A stretch of DNA of 52,579 nucleotides, taken from the IMG/VR virus record IMGVR_UViG_3300030329_003894, positions 1 to 52,579 of that record, one strand, 5' to 3'. The notes under the pieces were generated by a model. It was not told where the DNA came from, made no database searches, and saw nothing but the letters and a program-made list of their open reading frames with translations. Below, piece by piece: positions 1-6,718 of the stretch. Numbering within the stretch: the first letter of the stretch is position 1; each line of letters starts with the position of its first letter. This DNA is from a virus. Its lineage: Duplodnaviria > Caudoviricetes. The position numbers and the translations under genes are program-made.

Positions 1-98
1 TTTCTGGCCTTTTGAGTAAGTTCTCTAGCTTTTTTCATTGCTGCTCTATGTTTCTTAAAAGCTTGCTTTCTCATGCCCATTCCAGCACGAGCCATATA
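1..98. repeat. Terminal direct repeat, copy 1 (circular assembly overlap)
   Basis: 1-98 is identical to 52480-52577; only the last 2 bases of the window (CC vs TT) diverge. Confidence 0.95.
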
Positions 99-446
99 TT
101 CTCCACTCTGTCTTTTTATGCCCTTAATCCTATCTATAGCTTTATCTAACTCGGGCCCCCATAATGGCTTATTCTTTGCACCAGCTAATTCACCATATCC
201 AAAGCCTCTATATTTCTTACCGTAAAATTCCTCCCAATCTCTTCTAGAAACTGGAAGGTTTTCATCAACTGCTGTAGTTCTTCTAGGCATAGGAGATGTT
301 GCCCCACGAGGAAGCTCTCCCCTTGGAATCTTTCCCCTTTTAGCAATTTCCATATACTGTCTAGGATTTATACCCATATCAGCGGCCTTTTTCATGCCAC
401 CGCGTAAGCCAAATCTTTGTAATAACATCATAATTAGTCGCGCCAT
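1..446 (-). CDS. 5' part of a 171-aa basic hypothetical protein spanning the circular junction (continues to 52410)
   Basis: Hand translation from ATG at 446 (GAGG upstream): MARLIMMLLQRFG...SGEYMARAGMGMRKQ... stays open through base 1 and on to the stop at 52410-52412; not in the supplied ORF track. Confidence 0.75.
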   Translation of the reverse strand, partial: MARLIMMLLQRFGLRGGMKKAADMGINPRQYMEIAKRGKIPRGELPRGATSPMPRRTTAVDENLPVSRRDWEEFYGKKYRGFGYGELAGAKNKPLWGPELDKAIDRIKGIKRQSGEYMARAGMGMRKQAFKKHRAAMKKARELTQKAR

Positions 447-447
447 C

Positions 448-564
448 TTAATAAGTCCTCTTTTTAGCCTTTTTCACCTTTTTACCAGTTTTTTTAGCAT
501 ATTTCTTAGCTGCGGCTTTACCCTTGGCTGTATAGTTAAACTTCTTTTTTCCTACTTTAGGCAT
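448..564 (-). CDS. 38-aa lysine-rich basic protein, possibly nucleic-acid binding
   Basis: GGAGG then MPKVGKKKFNYTAKGKAAAKKYAKKTGKKVKKAKKRTY*; first gene after a putative promoter. Confidence 0.8.
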   Translation of the reverse strand: MPKVGKKKFNYTAKGKAAAKKYAKKTGKKVKKAKKRTY

Positions 565-586
565 ATATACCTCCAAATTACCACAT

Positions 587-616
587 AACTTAACAAAATA
601 TCAGACACTTTTCCAA
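587..616 (-). promoter_or_regulatory. Putative sigma70-like late promoter
   Basis: TTGGAA-N18-TAAGTT on the - strand at the head of the late gene block. Confidence 0.5.
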
Positions 617-642
617 ATATTACTTATTTATCCTTCGCGCGT

Positions 643-730
643 TAGTACTACTTAAGTTAAATATCTGACTATAGTGTTATGTACTATAGTCACTACTTAT
701 AGCCGTATACTATAGTACTACTTATAGTAG
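643..730. repeat. Cluster of short palindromic repeats (ACTATAGT x3, TAGTACTA x2, ACTACTTA x3)
   Basis: ACTATAGT at 668, 683 and 709; inverted repeat TGACTATAGT 666-675 / ACTATAGTCA 683-692. Confidence 0.7.
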
Positions 731-840
731 AATATAATCGAGTTGGGAAAAATTCCTAGAAAAAATTTTCAAAAAAATTTCTGTAGAATGGATGCACCTG
801 ATATAACATTGGTGCCCCGTGGTTGAATTAAGGGGTATGG

Positions 841-1534
841 GGGGTGCTGTAGTGTTGAAGTTCTTATATATGCACCCCAACTCTACCACCGCAATCAACT
901 GCAACAATACACTCAAAAGGCTTGTATATGTAAGTGCTATAAGCCTAGCCTTTATCATTCGTGTATTGTCTTGTTGACCATATTATATTGTTTTACTACA
1001 CATACAGTAGTCCAACTGACTGCCGTAGCAGGGACTAATCTCACTGTATCTGTAGTAAATCAATCCATCATTTTGCTACCCTATTAATACCAACAATTAA
1101 CTAAAGTTAATGGCAATACTCATTGTTTCTCTACAGCTCTTATGTATCTTAATGCTTTCTATCGCTGTATCCGAAAGTATCTAACGATACCCATTCAAAC
1201 AATATTGCCTTATTAACTCTTCATACAATTAATCATTGCTATTAATAGTTAATTCAACCACTTACCACACAGCACCACAGAACCTAGTCAGATGCTCACT
1301 AGTTAAAGTATTAATAGATAGCATATACACCAAAGACCTTAAGACCGTGTATCCCGTATGCTTATATCATCTATGAATACTTTCCCGAACTACTGAGTAT
1401 CTTCATTAATTCTTAATTTATCGGCAGGCCGACAAGCAGTTGAAAACCACTGTAAATTAAGCATTTTCTGTGTTGTCTGTGTTCGCACCAATGTTCAGCC
1501 TCTTCTAACTATGCTTTGCATAGTTGCAAACATT
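841..1534 (+). other. Non-coding tandem array of long imperfect stem-loops (candidate structured RNA or ssDNA signals)
   Basis: Stems at 841-878, 904-969, 992-1059, 1105-1218, 1305-1383, 1412-1461 and 1490-1534; no credible ORF. Confidence 0.6.
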
Positions 1535-1577
1535 AGATAATTAATAATAAAATAACAAATCAAAGGAAAATTTAATT

Positions 1578-1898
1578 ATGAATGATATAATATCTGCTTT
1601 AAAATCAATAAAACAATTATTTCCACAAGTAGCTATCCTAAATAACAAGGATAAAAATGGAAATAAATGCATTGTATTATTGAATATAGATTCATCTATA
1701 GCTTTTAATGAAGTGCAATTAAAATCTATACCTGAATTTAATAATCTTTACCTCGCTGTAGATACTTTAGCTGATGACGGTGTGACCATTTCATACACCG
1801 ACCCAACTAAATCATCTAAGCAGGATGGTAAAGGATTAATATTTATAGGGAAATCTAATGTCGAAGAGCTTGACATTAATACCGTTTCCCTATCATAA
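1578..1898 (+). CDS. First early gene, hypothetical protein (106 aa)
   Basis: AAAGGA RBS, clean ORF, followed by a terminator-like hairpin. Confidence 0.8.
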   Translation: MNDIISALKSIKQLFPQVAILNNKDKNGNKCIVLLNIDSSIAFNEVQLKSIPEFNNLYLAVDTLADDGVTISYTDPTKSSKQDGKGLIFIGKSNVEELDINTVSLS

Positions 1899-1907
1899 AT
1901 ATTAATC

Positions 1908-1951
1908 ATCATAATAGGATACGAGAACCATTGTATCCTATTATGATTTTT
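1908..1951 (+). terminator. Intrinsic terminator-like hairpin
   Basis: ATCATAATAGGATAC / GTATCCTATTATGAT 15-bp stem followed by a T run. Confidence 0.7.
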
Positions 1952-1963
1952 GTATACTTAAAC

Positions 1964-2141
1964 AGTTAATGGTGGTGGTTTAGGCGATTATACACACTAA
2001 TGTAGTGAAAAAGTATGGTCTAAACTGCTACTATTAACTTTATTGCAACGAGGTAAACCTATAATAGCGAGAGCTTAACCAAAGGTTTGATGGGTGGTGC
2101 AAGAAAGGTATAAGTGAAATTCTTATGTGTAGTTGCAATAA
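1964..2141 (+). ncRNA. Two adjacent structured RNA elements (unassigned)
   Basis: 22-bp stem 1964-1985/2018-2039 with five G-U pairs; 10-bp stem 2040-2049/2132-2141 enclosing several small hairpins. Confidence 0.5.
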
Positions 2142-2169
2142 TTTAATTAATAAAATGAGGTAAATAGTG

Positions 2170-2316
2170 ATGAATAAAGGATATAAAGTAGTAAATCTAG
2201 CTAATGGTTTAATAACAATGGTAATTGCTAATAGTTTAATTGAGGCAACTAAAAAGGGTCAGAAATATTTTACTGAGCCTAATAGACCAACTGCTAGAGT
2301 TCAAATATTAAATTAA
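2170..2316 (+). CDS. Small hypothetical protein (48 aa)
   Basis: GAGGT RBS; MNKGYKVVNLANG...RVQILN*; below the ORF-track cutoff. Confidence 0.65.
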   Translation: MNKGYKVVNLANGLITMVIANSLIEATKKGQKYFTEPNRPTARVQILN

Positions 2317-2335
2317 ATAAAAAGGATGAATTATT

Positions 2336-2671
2336 ATGAATTGGGAAGCAATATTCTTGTATGCATTTCCTATAACTGCAATATTTATATTATTTATTAT
2401 ATATCCATTAGTATTTGATAAAGATGCTAAATTGCCATTATGTGAGCACGGATATGCTAATAAAACTATTTGTATGAGTTGTAGGGAATATTATGAAAAA
2501 TATAGTGAATACGAATATGATAAATATCATGAAGATAAGGTAAATGATGCTTATCGTTCTAGGTTTAATGAAGAACTTATCAAAGAAAATGATAATAGAA
2601 TTAAAAATGATAGTAATGATTCTAATTTTGAAGAAGAAGGTTTTGATAAGAATGGTAAACCTATTTGGTAA
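2336..2671 (+). CDS. Membrane-anchored hypothetical protein with a small Cys/His motif
   Basis: N-terminal hydrophobic helix; CEHG...CMSC; AAGGA RBS. Confidence 0.75.
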   Translation: MNWEAIFLYAFPITAIFILFIIYPLVFDKDAKLPLCEHGYANKTICMSCREYYEKYSEYEYDKYHEDKVNDAYRSRFNEELIKENDNRIKNDSNDSNFEEEGFDKNGKPIW

Positions 2672-2682
2672 TATTTAAAAGT

Positions 2683-2920
2683 GTAGTTGAGGGTAATACT
2701 GAAAGGTTGTTAGCTGTTATATTTATGATATAAGAGAAGACTTCTGAGTAGGATATTACCCGCTTCTACGATAACAATTAAATGGGTAAATAGTACAATT
2801 AGCTATTGAAATATATAGAAAATTATTAAATGAGCGACTCTAAGTATCAAGACAGCTTCCGTCAAAGGTTAAGCCAATATACTTTCAGTCTAAAATGCTC
2901 AATAAATCTATTTACCCATT
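2683..2920 (+). ncRNA. Two adjacent structured RNA elements (unassigned)
   Basis: GGGTAATA 2691-2698 / TATTACCC 2754-2761; perfect 13-bp stem 2781-2793/2908-2920 with nested stems. Confidence 0.45.
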
Positions 2921-2943
2921 AACATTAAAAAGAGAGGTGTATA

Positions 2944-3240
2944 GTGAAAAAGTCAGATATGTTTTATTCAATATTAGCGGTAGTATTATTAATTGCTATT
3001 GCATATTTATCAGTAAAGGTAGAAATTGTTGAAAAAGTTAGTGAAGTAATCAGATGGGAAGAACCTGATACTTTAAAAGTTGAACCTGATTTAAATCATT
3101 TACCATTTGATGAAACATTTAAATGGTGGAGAACTCAATTAGGCCCGTGTGGTTTATTTGAATGGAATGATGATTTATATATAACTTTATATACAGAAGA
3201 GAATTTTGAAGATTGTATAAGGTTAGTCAGTAATGAATAG
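2944..3240 (+). CDS. Membrane-anchored hypothetical protein
   Basis: GAGGTG RBS, GTG start, N-terminal transmembrane helix. Confidence 0.75.
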   Translation: MKKSDMFYSILAVVLLIAIAYLSVKVEIVEKVSEVIRWEEPDTLKVEPDLNHLPFDETFKWWRTQLGPCGLFEWNDDLYITLYTEENFEDCIRLVSNE

Positions 3241-3373
3241 TTTTATCCCAAGGTGGACAAGAATGCAATTTATACAATGGGCTAAAAAAAGGTGGCCTAA
3301 CACCTCATTCAGTAAAATGCGGAAAAAGCAACTAATCGCAATTTATTGTAATACTAAAAATAGGTTAGACTAA
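3233..3373 (+). CDS. Small basic hypothetical protein (46 aa)
   Basis: MNSFIPRWTRMQFIQWAKKRWPNTSFSKMRKKQLIAIYCNTKNRLD*; overlaps the upstream stop (translational coupling). Confidence 0.6.
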   Translation: MNSFIPRWTRMQFIQWAKKRWPNTSFSKMRKKQLIAIYCNTKNRLD

Positions 3374-3389
3374 ATGAAGTCTATTTATC

Positions 3390-3582
3390 TGTAGTCGGGT
3401 ATTATCCTCCTTACCCAAAAGGATATCATCCGTATTCTTGTCCCGATACTCGACTACAAAACTTTAAACTATGTACCTCATAGTAAATGGTGATGGGATT
3501 CCCATTATAAAGATATTGACAGGCGAGTAACCATACAGGCATTAATTCCCTGTATAAATTCTAACGAGGGTCAAGCCACCAT
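3390..3582 (+). ncRNA. Two structured elements immediately upstream of the Ubl gene
   Basis: 13-bp stem 3390-3402/3446-3458 (one G-U); multibranch ATGGTG 3487 / CACCAT 3582 with nested TTGAC/GTCAA and ATACAGG/CCTGTAT. Confidence 0.45.
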
Positions 3583-3632
3583 AAATATTTAATAGTTAAC
3601 TAATAACAAAAAGAAAGGAGAAATTTGTTCAT

Positions 3633-3917
3633 ATGGCAAATACTTCAAATACTCAAACAACTGAACCAAGACAGTTGCAAATCCACGAAGGTGGTTCTTG
3701 GACAACAAAAACTGTAGTAGTAAATACTATAGGCGAACTAAGGGTAGAATTAGATATCCCTAATGATGTACAAATTAATATTAATGATACTTTGTACTCT
3801 GATAATACATCACCAATGCCATTAAATGGTACTAATGATGATGGAAGTACTCAACCACTATTTGTTGGATGGCAATCTAACAATAAAACAGGAGGTTGTG
3901 CTGTGGTATTATCATAA
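3633..3917 (+). CDS. Ubiquitin-like (beta-grasp) protein precursor
   Basis: 94 aa; beta-beta-helix(TIGELRVEL)-beta(VQININD) pattern; near-terminal KTGG followed by a 6-aa extension CAVVLS; upstream of E2, JAB and E1; AAAGGAG RBS. Confidence 0.75.
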   Translation: MANTSNTQTTEPRQLQIHEGGSWTTKTVVVNTIGELRVELDIPNDVQININDTLYSDNTSPMPLNGTNDDGSTQPLFVGWQSNNKTGGCAVVLS

Positions 3918-3927
3918 ATAAATAAAT

Positions 3928-4000
3928 TAAGGGGGACAATAACTGGTCCTATAAGTCCTATGATAGCCAAGAAGGCAAAGGAATATGTGAGTCCCCCTTA
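3928..4000 (+). promoter_or_regulatory. Structured element between the Ubl and E2-like genes
   Basis: TAAGGGGGAC / GTCCCCCTTA perfect 10-bp stem enclosing small hairpins. Confidence 0.5.
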
Positions 4001-4021
4001 TAATTAGACAGGAGTAAATAA

Positions 4022-5707
4022 ATGAGAGAATATAATTTTATAAATCCTAATATTGATAAATATAGTCAAGCACCTGTTATTATTGATGGTGATACTATTA
4101 GTTTATTAAATTGGGATTATCGAGCATTATATGATGGTAGTTATGAGGTAACACCGCAATTACCATTATTTCCATTAGATTTATTATTAGAAACAGTTAA
4201 TGGTAATGATTTAGCAGATGTCACAGCTTTAGATTTTACTAGAAGATTTAACGATAAGGTAGAACATTTTGCTAAATATTATGGTAAATACATGACAGAA
4301 ATAACAGGTAGTGATTATGTATTTGAAACAACTAAAAACTTTAATTGGAAAAGAGGTATATATGATGTTTTAAGAGCTTATGCTAATGAAGTATGTGGCT
4401 TTAATAAGAAAAATTCTGGTATTGACACATTTTTTAATAGAATAAGTCAAGGCAGATATACACTTAATAATATTCATACTCAACTTTCTCGAATTGAAGA
4501 TTTGAAAAGAGAATGTAAAAGAAGAGTTGGTAGTGTTGTAGAAAATGCAGATGAAGTTGTTGAAGGATTTAAACAACAATTGAATAATATTAAAGAAAAT
4601 ACTGCTTTAGCTCTTAGTATGACTTCTAAATTTCAAATATATCATGGCATTAATCTAACTGACCTTAATCCTAATCCTCCATTTGATGGATTCTTAGACC
4701 TTACAGTTTATACTATAGTTATAGTTGAACCTAATAATATGAATCTAATTAAATCAAATGGTGTCAATTTAGGTGTAGTACCTGTGCCTAAAGCATATCT
4801 TGTATTTAAAAGACCTTTAACTAAAGTTTTATTAAATAATGTTAAAGGTAGTGATATACGATTTAAAGCATCTGTTGCAGGTAGTAAGCATCCATACATT
4901 TCAACTACAACATTTAACAATTTAGACATACATTCAACTCGAAATGACAATACAGTAGGTCCAAGTTTTGTACCATGGTCATCTTCATTATGTTTATCGG
5001 CTTTTGCTGATAATATATTAAATGCATTGCAAAGGAATGATTATGTGCAATTTGTAATGAGTTTAAATGCATGGAACAATACTTATAATGTAGAAACAAC
5101 TAATCCTCATAATCCACCAGCTTCAGTTTTTTATCTTAATGGATTACCTAAAGATATTGATGAAGACCAAATACAAACATATAAATCATATACTGATTTT
5201 AATGAGGAAAGATGTTGGGATGCACAAATAAGTAATCATGGGCTTGCTGAAGATATCGATGAGTTGACAGGATATTTAAGGGATGAAAGTAATTTAAATT
5301 ATTATGAATATGGGGATTATGTAGTTACTTCATGCAATAAAAGACAATGTCCATTGCGAGAAAGATGTATTAAATTCAATAAATATCAAGAATTTCTTGA
5401 AATTGAAGATATAATAGAAAAAATAGAATCTATAGTTGGTTATGTCATTGGTGAAAAATTACAAGATGTAGATTTTAAAAATTATTATAGTGAATTTGAT
5501 GCATATAATGAATTTGCTTATAACTTTAAACATCATTTTAATTCTTATATTATGAATAACAGTTCTATGTACTCTCAATTATTAGATTGGAAATATTGGG
5601 ATAAAGTAGAACAGAATGATGAATTTATAGAAGCATGTCAAAATGCGGATACTAAAGATTTGGCTAGAGCAGTTCAAGCTTGGACACAATCAATTAACTC
5701 ACAATAA
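4022..5707 (+). CDS. Multidomain protein with a putative prokaryotic E2 (conjugating) domain
   Basis: HPYI (H290) followed by SLCLS (C324), resembling the E2 HPN...xCL signature; C438/C443/C449 cluster; lies between Ubl and JAB. Confidence 0.55.
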   Translation: MREYNFINPNIDKYSQAPVIIDGDTISLLNWDYRALYDGSYEVTPQLPLFPLDLLLETVNGNDLADVTALDFTRRFNDKVEHFAKYYGKYMTEITGSDYVFETTKNFNWKRGIYDVLRAYANEVCGFNKKNSGIDTFFNRISQGRYTLNNIHTQLSRIEDLKRECKRRVGSVVENADEVVEGFKQQLNNIKENTALALSMTSKFQIYHGINLTDLNPNPPFDGFLDLTVYTIVIVEPNNMNLIKSNGVNLGVVPVPKAYLVFKRPLTKVLLNNVKGSDIRFKASVAGSKHPYISTTTFNNLDIHSTRNDNTVGPSFVPWSSSLCLSAFADNILNALQRNDYVQFVMSLNAWNNTYNVETTNPHNPPASVFYLNGLPKDIDEDQIQTYKSYTDFNEERCWDAQISNHGLAEDIDELTGYLRDESNLNYYEYGDYVVTSCNKRQCPLRERCIKFNKYQEFLEIEDIIEKIESIVGYVIGEKLQDVDFKNYYSEFDAYNEFAYNFKHHFNSYIMNNSSMYSQLLDWKYWDKVEQNDEFIEACQNADTKDLARAVQAWTQSINSQ

Positions 5708-5719
5708 AGGAGGCCTTAA

Positions 5720-6718
5720 ATGGCAGAAGCAAAAGAATCAAAGAGAAGATTTATAATCTCTGAGAAAGATTGGAATACTATGCAACAATATGCCAGAATA
5801 TCTTATGATAAAGATAAAAACGAGATATCTGGTATTACTTGTTTGAAAAAAGTAACTCATCCAACATCAGGTGAATCAGTATGGCAATTATTTGACCCAG
5901 TTATTCTTAAACAAGAGAATACAGGAACAACTACTGAATTAGATGGTGATGCATTAAGAGATTTTTATATTAAAGCTGGCATGAAATATGGCAAAGATAT
6001 AAGATTCTGTTGGTGGCATTCTCATCATACTATGAATGCATTTTGGAGTGGAACTGATATTAATGAAATTAAAGAATGGAAAAATGATTCTTGGTCATTA
6101 GCATTAGTAATTAACCTATTTCATGAATATAAATTAAATGTTCATGTTTGGGACCCAATAGAATATAGTGAAGATGTTAGACTTGAAGTTCTAAGAAATG
6201 TTCCTAAAGCTACAGCAAAACAGCTTAAAGAATATGATGAACTATGTGATAGTCCAGCACAAATACAAACTATTGGAACACCTCAGCCATGGTATCGTAA
6301 TAATAATATAAATCAAGCAAATATATGGGACCATGCAAGGAAACTATCTAATCAGGTAGCTAAACCCTTAGACCCATTAGCTAGCGATGATAAATTATTA
6401 TGGGCTACACATGATAATGCTCTTCATTACTCTGAATTAATTGATTTTGTTATTGAAGAAATCAATGATATGATGACAGAATATGCCTTAGGCAAGAAAG
6501 ATTATAAGGAATATACTGAATTTGTTAAAATAGTTAATGACAGATTAAAAGTGCGAGATGCAAGAATGAAAATAAAGAAAATTGCTAAGGGTAAGTTACT
6601 TGAAGCAACAGGAACTATGGAAGCTGAAGACCATATTATTTTCAATGATGATACGACTAAAGAAATATATAGTCAAGCACAAATACAATCAGGAGGGTGG
6701 CATTATTATGGGCATTAA
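5720..6718 (+). CDS. JAB/JAMM (MPN+) metallopeptidase with a C-terminal extension
   Basis: E35 plus an exact H-x-H-x7-S-x2-D motif (HSHHTMNAFWSGTD, H100-D113). Confidence 0.92.
   Translation: MAEAKESKRRFIISEKDWNTMQQYARISYDKDKNEISGITCLKKVTHPTSGESVWQLFDPVILKQENTGTTTELDGDALRDFYIKAGMKYGKDIRFCWWHSHHTMNAFWSGTDINEIKEWKNDSWSLALVINLFHEYKLNVHVWDPIEYSEDVRLEVLRNVPKATAKQLKEYDELCDSPAQIQTIGTPQPWYRNNNINQANIWDHARKLSNQVAKPLDPLASDDKLLWATHDNALHYSELIDFVIEEINDMMTEYALGKKDYKEYTEFVKIVNDRLKVRDARMKIKKIAKGKLLEATGTMEAEDHIIFNDDTTKEIYSQAQIQSGGWHYYGH

Noticed and set aside
1-98. Biological terminal repeat of the virion DNA
   Set aside because: It falls inside a continuous ORF and its length is typical of an assembler overlap
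394-958. ORFs 394-588(+) and 722-958(-) from the track
   Set aside because: The first is antisense to two RBS-led genes; the second lacks an RBS and overlies the repeat/hairpin region
643-1534. CRISPR array or mini-array
   Set aside because: No identical direct repeats with regular spacers; the elements are inverted repeats with unrelated sequences
1964-4000. tRNAs or known ribozymes (hammerhead, twister, pistol, HDV-like)
   Set aside because: No T-loop/D-loop consensus or catalytic core consensus was recognisable by eye
6582-6707. N-terminal extension of E1 as given in the ORF track
   Set aside because: It overlaps the JAB gene; the AGGAGG-led ATG at 6708 is the better start
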